From contig NC_087251.1 of NCBI RefSeq assembly GCF_037042905.1, forward strand, positions 45,572,001 through 45,636,000: a stretch of DNA of 64,000 nt, read 5' to 3'. The stretch's first letter is position 1. Each line of letters opens with the position of its first letter. Below, one piece after another: positions 34,426-47,096 of the stretch. The position numbers were made by a program, and so were the translations under genes. The notes beneath the pieces are model-generated. The model ran no database searches, was not told the origin of the DNA, and saw nothing but the letters and a program-made list of their open reading frames with translations. This DNA is from Lytechinus pictus. Its lineage: Eukaryota.

Positions 34426-35318
34426 CTGTTCACAATGGGAGTGTTAACATTAGCATTCTCGTTCAAAAGCATCTCACTTAAAGTAATACTGGTCTGCATA
34501 AATGTGTTTTATGTAAAAACATTCTTTTCATACGGGTAGGGTAGCTAAATTACATACTGGACTTCTAGTCTCACACGGTAATGAAAAAAGAAAATGACTG
34601 TATTTATCACTGACAAGATGTTTCAGTAGTTTGAACAGCCCCAAATCCCGATTACTTTATCATCTGTTACACATTTGCTACCTATAATTAGGATTAAAAC
34701 CATGGTTTAATTTCTTACAAATTTAACAATATGGGTCAATGGATTCATAACATGCAAAGACATTAAATGACTTCCCAATAACAAGCTATGTAGGTGTAAT
34801 AAGCCCCTTACATGTTCCTTCCGTAAAACTTTCCCTCAAAAACAAGGTCACCTACAAATGAATGATTCCCAAGTTCACACCAAAATGCTTCATGCTAACC
34901 CAATAGAATATATTTGAACTAGTTAAAAATAAGTCTAAAAAGCATGCCTTGGTATTACATAACTAGGGAGATTTGAGGATATAAGTTCGAGCACTTAGAT
35001 ACAAGTACAGAGATACATATATTTTAAAGATTAGATGCCCAAGACATTATATAATCAAACTCAATATACAAAGGGTATATAAATTGTATTGATGTTCCAA
35101 AGTGCAAAGTAGACTTTACAATGTGTATACATATGTAAACAACAATTACTATTTATAAAATATTCATATCACACCAGAACAAATAAAGAAAATAGCCCCA
35201 ATGAACAACAATTGGCATCCATACAAGTCTCATTTCTCGGACATATTTATCTAATGGGATTGATAGATGATCACCTGAACAAAGAAAAATCCTCTCCAAT
35301 CTTTCAGACAGTGCTTAC

Positions 35319-35475
35319 CTAATTTCTTGTTGGTTTCCATGACGATTGATCCATCGAGGGAATCGATACCGGATCCAATGGATGACGCCTCACCGAGGCT
35401 ATCCTGGGCTACGTCGAGATGATTGTCTCCATCCAACGTTCTCCTCTTCTCCCTGTCCTTGTCTCGTGATTTACT
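35319..35475 (-). CDS. CCDC88C: CCDC88 exon (SKSRDKDREKRR...NKKL)
   Basis: gacag|AGT ... TTA G|gtaagc, 157 nt, phase 0-1. Confidence 0.85.
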
Positions 35476-36044
35476 CTGTCAAGGTCACAATTTATGACAC
35501 AAAGGCTCATTTTATTGATATATATCACACTTTCTCATTTTCTCTGCTTTTATAGATTAGCCCAATTCAAACAGGTATATGCAGGGCTTATTTTACTCAA
35601 AGGCCAACAAAGACAATGACCCATGGATGCCCTTCTGACTGGCTTTAATGCCCCTCTATTTTTTTAGCACAGGAAACAAAAATTGTTATTATCAGGGGCT
35701 ACTTATCAAAAGAACTTATTCATACTACCTAAATCTGCGGCATGTGATAAGCTTTAACATTGCAATGAGTGGGGATTTTGGGGGGCTTTTTTGTTCATTT
35801 TCTCAAACGAACCCCTGTGTAAATCTACAAACAATGCATGATTGCCTTTATATTTAGCATGAATATGTATTTACACGAATCTTAAAATACATCAAATGGC
35901 TAAGAAATACAGATTGTTGGATTGAAATAAAATGTCTGATATATTCCAGTTTCTAAATACAAATCTATATTCATAGTTCATGGGAAGAACAAGTTTTAAT
36001 ATCTAATAATTTCCATCAAAAGCAGAAACAATGAAATGACATAC

Positions 36045-36090
36045 CTTGTATATCCTCTTCATGAATTTGAAGTTCAGTCCACCTCTTGTC
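36045..36090 (-). CDS. CCDC88C: CCDC88 exon (TRGGLNFKFMKRIYK)
   Basis: tttag|G ... AAG|gtatgt, 46 nt, phase 2-0. Confidence 0.8.
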
Positions 36091-36698
36091 CTAAATACAC
36101 AAGGAAGAAAGACGTAAACAGTATCTGTAATCATAAGGTGCATCTTTATTTTTTGTTTCATACTTGGCAATTCTATATCTAATCTACAGACAGTAAATTT
36201 GTCTATTATGATACAATAAAATATACAACTGGGGCACAGTAGACATGTGTTTTCAATTTCCAGAGCCTTACCTTTTGTACTAAACACTAATTCTGCTTAG
36301 GATATCTATATTATATTGATTTAATTATATTTAATTATATTGATTATATTGATTTAAATTTGACATGCATGTTAATTTATATTTGAATCACTTATTGAAT
36401 ATGTATATTATTTATTCAATGTTAAATTTTGTTCATGCTTTTATTTAAATTGAATTGATTTATCATGTAATTATTTGTATTATGTTGAAGAATGAAAAAT
36501 AAATTGAATTGAATTGAAAATATATCAAAATGCTGAGATAAAAAAAGGCCCTTGTCATGATAACAATCAATTACAACAAAAACATTACACATGGTCAGTA
36601 GTACCACAGTCTCTACTGCCATGCTTTATTAGTAGGTTAAAGAATTAGATTCATAAGCAATCGGAGACCATGCGTCGCATAGTGTTTCAAGAACATAC

Positions 36699-36788
36699 TT
36701 CTTTGACGGGGATGTGTAACTCTTGTACTGCTCCATGATCTTGTTTTCTAGCTTCTCTTTCTGCCGTCTCATGTTGTGTAGCTGATCC
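36699..36788 (-). CDS. CCDC88C: CCDC88 exon (DQLHNMRRQKEKLENKIMEQYK...)
   Basis: tgcag|G ... AA|gtatgt, 90 nt. Highly conserved Girdin/Daple motif. Confidence 0.92.
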
Positions 36789-37544
36789 CTGCATTAGAGA
36801 GAATATCAATATGATAATAAATGTTATCTCTAATGTAAAATCATCCTTGCTATGGCAACAACAAAAAGGGGAAAAGGAGGATAAAGAATATCTAATGAGA
36901 TAATCTCTGGAATTATCAGAATTTTGGTGATGGATACATTTGTTAATGCAAAAATGAAAAATATTCAAAATACACAAATAAATTGAAATCACTATCTAAA
37001 CATGCTAATTTTGTTGATTCCAGTGATAGAGATTTCATTCTAATAATAAAAACATTAAAATATGATTAAAGAGGAATTGCTTAACTCGATATCTGTGAAG
37101 ATACCATAAGAATAAATCATCAATAGCACCTCACTACACATATGAAAGTCCACAGTTCAATGCCCGAATGCCCTTGAGCAATGCATTCTATACATTGCTC
37201 TTTAACACTTATTAAAATCATAAATGTATGATTATTTTCAGTTTTGTTGGTTTAGATGGATTTTTTTTTTATCGCAAAAGGGTCCCCGACAAAGTTCATC
37301 GGAAAAAAAACTAAGGTTTGAAAAAACAAGGAAATACATAAGAATAACCCCCCCCCCCCCCCCCGTATATATGTTGGTCTGAAATAGCCCAGTTAAGATA
37401 AGGCCAAAGCATCAAATAAATGATGAGGCAAGCATTCTTGATACCAGCATGTGCACATGCTTTTCTTTTAGATAAAAAAACAAGCAACCAGCAAAACAAA
37501 ACAAAAGTACAAAAAAAGTACAAAAATAAACAAAACAAACTTAC

Positions 37545-37690
37545 TCTAGTTGTCTTTGCTCCTCATGATGGAGCTCCTTGGTCTCCAGGGTGTTGACCAG
37601 GAGCTCAGAGTTCTGAGCCATCAGCTGACTCAGCTGCTCCATCAGTTTACGGTTCTCCTCCTCAAGGTTGGCATTCAACTGATACAGCAT
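37545..37690 (-). CDS. CCDC88C: CCDC88 exon (MLYQLNANLEEENRKL...EEQRQL)
   Basis: tttag|ATG ... GA|gtaagt, 146 nt, phase 0-2. Confidence 0.92.
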
Positions 37691-37964
37691 CTAAATGGAG
37701 ACACATCCATGTATTAAGTCATTTAGAGCAGCGGTCTAACTGTACGGAGTGAATGCTCGATATCGACAATATCCAGAACTTCCCGCGTGAAGCGCAAGGC
37801 ATGAATTTGCACTTCACTTTTTGCACTGAACTAGGAATATTACTTCTTGTTCAGTGAAGTTTGACCCGTTATTAGACCGTAGCTTGCGCAGGTCTAGTTG
37901 CATCCGCTCTTCTACTGCATTCATCAATCTTGTTGTTGTACATTTCGAGGAATCATCATAACAC

Positions 37965-38560
37965 TTAAAGGGGTACGCCAGGCTGAAAATATTTATATCT
38001 AAATAAAAATAGTAAAATTCTGAGCAAAATGCTCAAAATTTCATCAAAATGTGATTACAAATAGCGAAGTTAGTTAATTTTAAAGTTTGACATTATGTTA
38101 TGAATGTCATCATGAATATATTAATTAATTGGGCTGATGATGTCACATCCCCACTTTCCTTTTTTTTATGTTATTACATGAAATCATGATTGTTTCATTT
38201 TTTTCATATATGTGTGAATAATGTGTCTCCTCTATAATGAAGCAAGTTGCAACAATGGATATCTAATGCACTAAATCAGTTGTCAATCTACATTTTTCAG
38301 TTCTTTGTAGAACAATTTGAATAAAGCTAATTTCATATCATAAAATACTAAAGAACAAGTGGGGATATGACATCAATTTGCTCATTGAATATTCATGAAG
38401 ACATGCCTGGAACTGTTTCACCGGAATAATGCAAATCTTTTAAAATGCCATAACTTTGTCATTCGTCGTCCGAATTGATCATATTTTCAGCGTTTTGTTT
38501 GTCTGATTTTTCTTTATCTGTTTAAAGCATTTTTTTTTCCAGCCCGGAACATCCCTTTAA
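37965..38560. mobile_element. TTAA-flanked non-autonomous DNA element (Kolobok-like)
   Basis: TTAAaggggtacgccaggctgaaaa ... ttccagcccggaacatccctTTAA. Confidence 0.75.
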
Positions 38561-39094
38561 TACTTAATTGTAATATCCTTCATGCTGTATACTATTCTTA
38601 CCTTCAAGCAACTGGAAGTTACTGTTCACACAAGCAAACATGGAGCGACATCCGGGAAATTTTGGTTATTGTCGTTAGCGAAAATTGTGACTAACATACA
38701 GTTCCATCTCTAGAAATTGTTCATAACGTTTCTTATAAATCCAAAATAAAATTTAAATTATTCGTGTTTCACGGCTGTAGAGTACTCTTGACCTATTACA
38801 TACATCATTTCCTTTTTTATGTCAAAAGAAGCATTGATATGGGACAAATGAGAAATAAGAAAGACAAAATTTGTCATTATCCTGGTTCATGTCACCTGTA
38901 CATTCAATTGTTCATTTCGTCGGTGGCGGAGACATTATTCAACTTCCATTCACTTTGTACTGTGTAAGACTGCACGCATTGGAAGAAGGGTTGACTTATC
39001 TCATGATTAGGCCCCCCCCCAAAAAAAAAAAAAATTAATATATTTATTTAAGTCAAGTTGTCCTGCTCAGTGCCTAGAATGACAGCCTCCTTAC

Positions 39095-39200
39095 CTCGCA
39101 TCTATGTTCTAGTTTAGCTCTCTCCATCTCTAATGATTGGCATTGATCTTTGGATTCAGACAGCTGACCTTGCATGTTGGTATGGTTCAACTGGTGCGTC
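39095..39200 (-). CDS. CCDC88C: CCDC88 exon (THQLNHTNMQ...LEHRCE)
   Basis: ttcag|G ... GAG|gtaagg, 106 nt, phase 2-0. Confidence 0.9.
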
Positions 39201-40286
39201 CTGAAATAAGAACAAAACATATTTTTGACTTATCTAATAGTGAAAAGGTCAAATGTTTACTTCTACTCATCACTGCTCCCATACACCCATGCAGAATGGT
39301 ACAATCAACAGATAGGATCAAATTATTGGGTTCCCATAACAATATGGTACCATAATTATCACAGTCTTTATACCATCATGATATTTATTCTTATTCATCA
39401 TTCATCAGAAAAATAGCTTTACTCAATATTTCAATGTCAGAACTAGATTATACCTCCCTCCCCCCACAATAAAAAAAGACTGTTTTGAAACTTCTTTCAA
39501 TACTCTGTGGTAACAGTAATGATAAGAAATATATTTGTGATAAAAGTGATAGGAAATATATCTGTGGTAAACATAATGATGCTAATGTCTATATGAACTG
39601 TGGCCGAGGGACTGATTACCATGCTCACAATAGTTATATCTTCCTTCCGTTCCCCATTTGAAACCAGTGTTATCCAAGGCAATTCAAAAGCTACTGTAGT
39701 ATATCACTGAAGGAGTGCACTCTGATTAGTTCAAAGCAAATCAATCACGGATTCGAAACACATGTGCTAACAGTGACTCAACATTTGCCCCCCTCTTAAT
39801 GCGACCTTACATTGCCAAATCATAGGGAAATTGAATCAATCCGAAATTTGCAAATTGACTTGCATAATATAATCCGTCCGTCAAGAGAGCCCGTCGGACT
39901 AATGCGATAAAAGTTCAGACAGCACGAATTTGACCGAACTCGTGATAGTTATTTACTTCGGGTTGTCGCAGTTCTAGTTTCCAACAATCCCAATTCCTAG
40001 ACTCTTAGCAGGTCTCTTGATTGCTAAACCAAAATAAATGTCCTCTTTGAAGTTACATGTTTCAAAGTGAAAACACACAGTTTACTTCTGGTTGGTTAGT
40101 CTACTAACTATTGCTCTCCCGTATTAGACCTCCCAGACATGCCGGCGTCTATTACATAACACCCCCAGGCATACGCCCGAGTGAAAGACTTTGATCCCTT
40201 CTCCGTTCTGAGATTGGCCTTGATTTCCCCATGATATGTCAATGAAAGTTCGCTTTAAGTTCTTCAAAAACAATCGGTTCACTTAC

Positions 40287-40492
40287 CTCTGTGAACCCTT
40301 CATGGATTTGAGTTCCCCCTCCACCCTCTGGTACTCCTTGTCCATGCGGGTGTGCTTCTCCTGGAGGATGTTGTACTCCTTCTGCAGGGACGCCACGCTC
40401 TGGGCATCGGACTTCAGCCGACGGAACTTGGCCTCCTCCTCCTTGAGGGAGCTCTTCAGTGTCTCCAGGTCCTTGTACCTCTTCTCGGTCTC
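40287..40492 (-). CDS. CCDC88C: CCDC88 exon (ETEKRYKDL...MKGSQ)
   Basis: cgcag|GAG ... AG|gtaagt, 206 nt, phase 0-2. Confidence 0.9.
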
Positions 40493-40788
40493 CTGCGATT
40501 CAATTGGATTACACAACATCAAAGTGGGTGATGACCCTCACATCCGATACTTCAAATCCTATGGCATAATCACAATCTTCTTGAGTGCTAGAATACTGAA
40601 GTTTAGAGTTGAGTCATCCAATTTAGTGCTTTATACAAAGCAAAGTATTCAAACATAACAATAACATGATAACATTCTGCAAAACAAAAGAAGGTATGAA
40701 ACTTTATTGCAATGAGTAGGGTGTAGCAAAAGTCAGAAAGTGGCTGATGGCATCAGGAAGATTCACAACACGTGACTTCGGGTCTTAC

Positions 40789-41052
40789 CTGGCACTTCTG
40801 TTGGACATCCTGCAGCTCCCCCTTCAGATGCCTGTAGTGTGACTTCAGGGTGCCATGTTCCGAATCCAGAGACTCGTACTCGGTGGACAGTGTCTCGTGG
40901 AGCTGCACCAGGTTCTCGTGGTCGTTGAGCAGTGCTTCGTGGTTGGCACTCAGCTCCTCAAAGCGGTCTTTGAGCTTGTCGTAGTCCGTCTCCTGGGTGT
41001 TGAGCTTGGAGCGCAGCGAGGACATCTGGGCCGAGATGGTGGAATGTTCCAC
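40789..41052 (-). CDS. CCDC88C: CCDC88 exon (VEHSTISAQ...QQKCQ)
   Basis: cacag|GTG ... CAG|gtaaga, 264 nt, phase 0-0. Confidence 0.92.
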
Positions 41053-41179
41053 CTGTGTGGATGAAGGAAAAGAGAGTAATGTGGTATTGGGAAGGAAACT
41101 AGTATTAAACTTCTCTCAAACTGAATATTAAGTTGCTTTCGATAGCTCTAGTTCATTTACACAAACCTAATTAATATGG

Positions 41180-41320
41180 AGGCATGATAGCTCAGTAGGT
41201 AGAGCACAGGGATTTGGATTCTAGTGACCCGAGTTCGATTCCAACTTGGTGCGCTAGAGCCCTTTTGGCAAGGTATTTATCCTAATTACCAGGTCCGTTA
41301 AATAGGACATTACACTTCGG
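41180..41320 (+). mobile_element. Degenerate tRNA-derived SINE 5' fragment
   Basis: A box tagctcagtagg, B box gttcgattcc, followed by cctttt-ggcaagg as in the SINE at 28567-28895. Confidence 0.7.
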
Positions 41321-41663
41321 TCCTCTTATTAAAAAAATCATCACCATCACCAACTGCGAAATCATGAAATCTAAGGTGTAGATTACCAACACAGATAAGC
41401 ACATATGAGACAGTGTATCATTATTATTGTTTTAAAAAATACCAGACACTTTGCTGGACTGCCGTGCTTATTCAGTCACTTTCTCAGCAATTGCATTTAC
41501 ACATTGTCTACCAGAGTCATTTGGCACGTAGTTTTCATTTCTACATACAAATACTTGGATACTCTGGTGGTCCTATTATACAATTATGTTCAAAATCATG
41601 TTCAGACTGCCCGTTTCAACCCACAAATAGCTACGAGCCTCATTCCCGGGGCACACTGCATAC

Positions 41664-41825
41664 CTGTAACTTGGCATTCTGTGCCTGCAGAGACATGTTC
41701 TGATCCTGCAGGGATTCAACCTTGTTCTGGAATGACCTACAGTCCGACCTCAATGTATCCGATTGCTTCTCGAGATTCTGAACCTGAGTCTGCATATTGG
41801 TGTTCTCGGCAAGGAAGGTGGCGTT
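41664..41825 (-). CDS. CCDC88C: CCDC88 exon (NATFLAENTN...QNAKLQ)
   Basis: catag|AAC ... CAG|gtatgc, 162 nt. Matches recalled Girdin NATLQAE...QNAKLQ. Confidence 0.92.
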
Positions 41826-42319
41826 CTATGGGAGAAAGAAATTAGAGGTATTACAGCACCGAACATACACATTGTAAGGTGACAACAGAATTCACATGCA
41901 GGAATATATTGCAGTATCTGAAGAAAAAACTCGCGTACAAATCTAATCGGTGACAATATTTATTTATTACAAAATTAGGTTTTTTCATGGCCTGCAATAC
42001 ATACTTAAAAATACTGCAAACTGCAATAACTAAGTTGAACTGATTCAAAACAACGTATATTGTATCTTGACACTATCTGGTAATCAAATTGTCAGGAATG
42101 TCAGATGAATCAGAATGTACTTTTTCTTTGACTCTTAAAATTCTTTCATATGCATGGGACATATATTAAAAAGAGTCCCAAGATCCCACCTCCCCCACCA
42201 ACATTCAAAGTTCTCTGAGAGTGGCTGCTGTAGGCAAAGCTGATGTACTAGTAATGACAAATGAGTTCAGATGATAATTCTAGAAGGGGCTCTTCTAGAC
42301 ATGATAAATACTACATTAC

Positions 42320-42395
42320 CTTTCTTTCAAGCTCTACTAAGTGATCTTTCATCTGCATGATCTGTTTTGCTTGAACTCTGTCACTGTCAGATCGT
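42320..42395 (-). CDS. CCDC88C: CCDC88 exon (RSDSDRVQAKQIMQMKDHLVELERK)
   Basis: ttcag|A ... AAG|gtaatg, 76 nt, phase 2-0. Confidence 0.88.
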
Positions 42396-42564
42396 CTGAA
42401 AATGGAAGAAAAGTATTATTCAATTAATCACTTAAAAGGATTTCTATGCATGCAACATATGATCAGAGCTGCCAAGTTGTATTTTGCATTTTCAGTATTC
42501 TTATCCCCCCAAAATCAGTATTTTGACAAAAAAATCAGTATATTTACCGTGTGAGATAAATATG

Positions 42565-42942
42565 CAGACCTGCCAACCTCTGGGAATGAAAAACTGTATT
42601 CTGTGATTTTAAAAAATGCATTTTTCCCATGAAAAGTGTATTTCATAATAAAATGCTTGGCACACTCATTAAAACATTAAAACATGTGTATATCTTCACC
42701 CTGGTTTTAACAAAATGATTGAAAAAAAAATAAGTTACCTGAAATTACATTGATCTAATAACCATATTTGTGTACGTTTTATGAAATAGAGACATATAGA
42801 GATTATTTTTCTCAATAAATTACGATTTAGTAAAAAAAGATATATTTTTTTAAAACGTATTTTTCAAAGAAAAAACGTACTGCCGTATTTTGGTTGCAAA
42901 AACGTACTAAATACGGCTAAAACGTACTGGTTGGTAGGTCTG
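42565..42942. mobile_element. TIR element inserted in a related older element (starting about 42463)
   Basis: cagacctgccaacc ... ggttggtaggtctg with subterminal cgtatt/aaacgtac repeats. Confidence 0.65.
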
Positions 42943-43439
42943 TATGATGGACACACTACTCTAAACACAGAAATGCGTTGTGGGGATTTTCTAACATAAT
43001 TTCACGACCAAAGCTTTGCAATAATTTTCAAATCATTTGTGGGTGGAAAGCAACCAAAGCATGAATAGCGAAATACCATATCTTCATCTTACTTTTATAA
43101 ATTCTTAAAAATGCAATTAAGAGTGGAAAGTTCTATAGACAGAATGCTTCATTTTTCATCCTTTTAACTATTCTCATCAAATTGTTAAAGTTGATATTCC
43201 TTTATTCTTCTTCATAGTCATACTGCCTTTTGGAATTGGCTTTTACCTTTTACTCAGTTCTTTTTATTCAAAAACTCTCATTCTTATCCTAGCAGTCATT
43301 GGTGATGAAATCATATACTGCAATTCATACAAGCTCTACTTTTATTCATTAGGTTATAAAGAGGACTGCTGAAAGATTAAGAGAGAGAGAGAGAAACACA
43401 ACCCTCTTTATTTCAGTTGGTAGTTTTTAAGAGGATTTC

Positions 43440-43472
<33 letters not shown>

Positions 43473-43519
43473 AGAAAACACAGCCCTCTTTATCTACTTG
43501 AATGTCTTCAATCACTCAC

Positions 43520-43669
43520 TTGACTTTGGCTTCTTGTGTAGTATTGGAAGATGGAGATTTGGCACTGCTAGTCTCTTGCACCAGCTGTTCTTTGACTATT
43601 TCGTTGTCTATTTTGATCTTCTTCAGCTCATCGGTCAATAGCTGATTCTTACTCACCGCCGATTGGAGC
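43520..43669 (-). CDS. CCDC88C: CCDC88 exon (LQSAVSKNQLL...QEAKV)
   Basis: accag|G ... AA|gtgagt, 150 nt, phase 2-2. Confidence 0.88.
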
Positions 43670-43794
43670 CTGGTGAAAGAGAACAGGAGCAAAGGAAGGA
43701 TATACCACTTGAGGTTTCCTGAAGAATATGACAGTTTCAAGTATAGAATAGTATAGTATATACTATTTTGTATTTACCAAGGGTAGCCACAAGA

Positions 43795-43915
43795 TCATTC
43801 TTATATGCAGAGCGCATGGCATGATAGCAGAATATCCTTTTTTTTTTATGGTATGAGTTGGCCAGGGATTGAAGCCAAACCTCCCAATCATGAGGCGGGC
43901 GCTCATTCATTGATA
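43795..43915 (-). mobile_element. Degenerate tRNA-derived SINE fragment
   Basis: Resembles the head of the SINE at 62880-63070 (ggccagggattgaa..acctccc..tgaggcgggcgctc). Confidence 0.55.
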
Positions 43916-44055
43916 GAAACTAATCCAATCTACCAGTAATTCTATCTGATACAGAGCAATTTCCTTGCATTAATAAAGCAACAACTTATCTCGTTATGAC
44001 ATGAACTATGTATGAACTATGAAACTTTTAAAAAAAAAACCTATGAAACTTTATG

Positions 44056-44458
44056 GCCAAATTCAAAATAGAGGTTTAAACAAGGAGAAGAGGGGCACAA
44101 AACCATGGACTCTGCAGATTTTGTGTAAAAACTTGTGCTTACTTTGGAGCTTACTTAGCACCCCATGCACATATCATTTGCCTTTTTCAGTGTACCTGAT
44201 GAATTATGCACAAAATCTACTTCGTCTGTGGTTCTGTATCCCCAACTGGGGGCCGTTTCATAAAGCTGTTCATAAATAAAGAGTGACTTTAAGAACGACT
44301 GGTGATCCTTTCTTGTGGTAAATGATAGTCAGCATTGAATACTCATCGGTGATTATTTAGCGCGTAATAAAGGTTCACCAGTTGTTCTTTAAGTCGCTCT
44401 TAACTTTCGGACAGCAAACACCCACCTGGTTTAAACCTCTTTTGTGAATTTGGGCCCT
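44056..44458. mobile_element. MITE with a second MITE nested at about 44247-44425
   Basis: Outer ggccaaattcaaaatagaggtttaaac/gtttaaacctcttttgtgaatttgggcc. Inner gggggccgtttcataaagctg..aagagtgactttaagaacgactggtga and its complement. Confidence 0.75.
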
Positions 44459-44596
44459 AGGAGTCAACATGGAGTCTAAATACAATACATATGTATACTC
44501 AACAAACCACACATAATACAAAGGTATTGACATCTTTACACCTTCATTCACGCTGAAATGGTGTTATTGCCTTTTTATAGTTAAAAATGAACTTAC

Positions 44597-44686
44597 TTTG
44601 TTTCTAATGTGTTGATCTTGTCATCTTTGATGTCCTTGCTTTTCTTAAATGTGTCTTCCATTCGGCTTTCCAAGTCCTTATAACGG
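44597..44686 (-). CDS. CCDC88C: CCDC88 exon (RYKDLESRMEDTFKKS...LET)
   Basis: tacag|C ... AA|gtaagt, 90 nt, phase 2-2. Confidence 0.9.
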
Positions 44687-45094
44687 CTGTATTTTTCAAA
44701 TAAGTAACACAAACATGCATAAGTAATAGGGTATATAAAATTTACATGTTAATAATAGTAATAATAATATGTAAAATTGATATTATGCTTCATACACATG
44801 ATTCTATGCACTGCATGTTATTACTGCAATGTTACATGTTGCTGGATAACCTTCAAACATATCCAAGTTTAACTTGAGTTTTTAAATATCCAATAAGTGC
44901 ATTTTAGATCAGAATTAATTTTGTAAGTGCAATTTACAACACAATATACATTGAAGAAAATAAACAAGTTTTGTTAAAATTTCTTACCCAAAGTGTCCTG
45001 AATAATAGAACAAACTCATTTGTTAAGTGAACTGATAAAAACGAGGGTTTGGGATGATTGTTAGAAGTGAAAAGAAGCAAGCTTTCTAGGATAC

Positions 45095-45222
45095 CTTTCA
45101 TCCGCAGTGAGCTCTCTTTGGAGTAACTTCTCTTTATCTAATCCAATGCGATCCAGTTCTGAGGTAAGCTTCTCAAGGTCATTGCTAAGCTGCTGAGTTT
45201 TGATCTTTTCATTTACAAGTTC
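45095..45222 (-). CDS. CCDC88C: CCDC88 exon (ELVNEKIKTQQLSNDLEKL...TADE)
   Basis: ctcag|GAA ... AG|gtatcc, 128 nt, phase 0-2. Confidence 0.92.
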
Positions 45223-45707
45223 CTGAGAGCGAGATAGAGATCAAATATTGAAAATAATAGAGGTTATTTATTAAGCACATAATGAATAGTGTTCTAGTAG
45301 TTCTATATGTGGAATATGTTGTAAAGACGTTCTCCAGCATAAAGTCTGCTCATAGACTTTATTGAATTGTTACATAAAAATCTGTTAAAAACAATCCTTT
45401 ACAGAATGATGTGAAAATACAGCTACAGAAAATGACTTCTTCTTAAAGTGAAGATTTAAAGAGATTTTAAAAGCAGTAGAAATATGGTTCCTGGTGATTT
45501 ATACTCACAGTTTGCACTGAACTGAAGTAGAACTAAACATATCACTTTGTTTTATTGACAGCAAGCACCAAAAGGGCAAGGTTGAAGTTCTTAGATACTC
45601 ATTAATCGGAAAATCAGATAGAAAAGTGTCATAAAACTTATGGAAATAATCGAATAGGTTCCACACATGAGAAACCTATTTGAACTCTAACCTGGCACAA
45701 AACATGT

Positions 45708-46198
45708 GGCCCATTTCATAAAACTTGTTACAATAACAAATTTGCAATAACAGTTTAAAGCTACTAAAATCATTCATTTTGATGTGCTGAGAGTAAACAT
45801 GTTAGAAATTGTGCATTTGTTATAATAACAAGCCTTTATGAAACAGGGCCCCGATCCTCATCTTTGTACTCCAAACCAACATATTATGACCCATATTCTA
45901 AAGTCGGGTTTAACTTAGACCACGGTCTAACTCTGTGCTAAAATCATGGGGAGCCAATATTTCAAAAAAATTGTTTATATTGTATTTTTCTTATGTTTAC
46001 TATTTTGATTCCTCTTACTTTCATAATGAGGAAATATACTTCAAAATACTTCAGTAATCATTCCCAGACATTTATGAACAATTTGAGTTAATAAATTGGA
46101 TATGTACTGTTATGGATTTGTGCCCCGATTGGCTCTCCATACTTAAACCACAACTTTAAACCAGGGTTTAATTTAAACCTGACTTCAGAATACGGGCC
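45708..46198. mobile_element. Two adjacent MITEs (about 45708-45852 and 45888-46198)
   Basis: ggcccatttcataaaacttgtta/taacaagcctttatgaaacagggcc; gacccatattctaaagtcgggtttaa/ttaaacctgacttcagaatacgggcc. Confidence 0.75.
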
Positions 46199-46285
46199 AT
46201 TGTCTGTCATTGGGAATAACATAACAGTATTTGTCATTGTGGTTTGGCTTCACTGGTGTGATTGTAGCACTGCGCCGAAACCTAC

Positions 46286-46601
46286 CTCCCTGAGTGTGGC
46301 AAGAGTCTTTTTATCGATAGTAGATTGTTTAAGTAGCTCCTTGTTCTCCCTCTCCAGCTCCTTGGCCCTGTCCCCGGATCCCTTGTTCTTGCCGACCGTC
46401 TTCTGCAGGAGCTTGTTGTCCTGCTCCAGGCTGCCGATCCTGGCATGGGCCTTGTCCAGCTGCTGGTCCCTGGACTCCATCAGACCCCGGAGACGCCTGA
46501 TCTCCTTCTCCAGGTTCTGCTTCTCCTTGGTGAGGTTCTGCTGCTCCAGCTCCAGGGTCTTGTTGTCTTTCTCCAGCTCCTCCAATCGCTTCTCACTCAG
46601 A
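46286..46601 (-). CDS. CCDC88C: CCDC88 exon (LSEKRLEELEKDNK...TLATLRE)
   Basis: cacag|T ... GAG|gtaggt, 316 nt, phase 2-0. Confidence 0.93.
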
Positions 46602-47096
46602 CTGTGAAGGAAGGAACGTGGCAGGAATAGAAAGCTGAGCTCATAGAAACTAATTGCCACCAACATCAAATGTATCAATGTCAATTGTATATAGAATGTT
46701 TATCATAGCTTGCCAGCTACAAAATTCAATGACTCCTCGATGCAAGTATCATGACATATTGGAAAGAAAGATACACGAACAACCTTCCCAAACAACCTTT
46801 CACAAAAGTGTACCTGCATATCTTTAATGCCAAAAGTAGAGAACTCTCAAGTAAACATTAGGACAGATATTGTACGTTCTTTTAAACATATATATTTGGG
46901 GAAAATAGATGATCGAGGAGTTATTGACTTTCGTTTGAAGGCTAAAATGCAGGAATCACTGCATGTATATTGTTATGATTTCAATTTGTAATTATAACCA
47001 TCAAATGATATTTATTTTATATATCAATCTTATTCCATAGTCCTACTTCTTTGATTAAAGGTTTGAAAAGTTTAGGTTAAAGGATACATTACTTAC

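Noticed and set aside
41180..41260. tRNA gene (also 28820-28895 and 62995-63070)
   Set aside because: A/B boxes are present, but there is no proper acceptor stem and the sequence continues into a SINE body.
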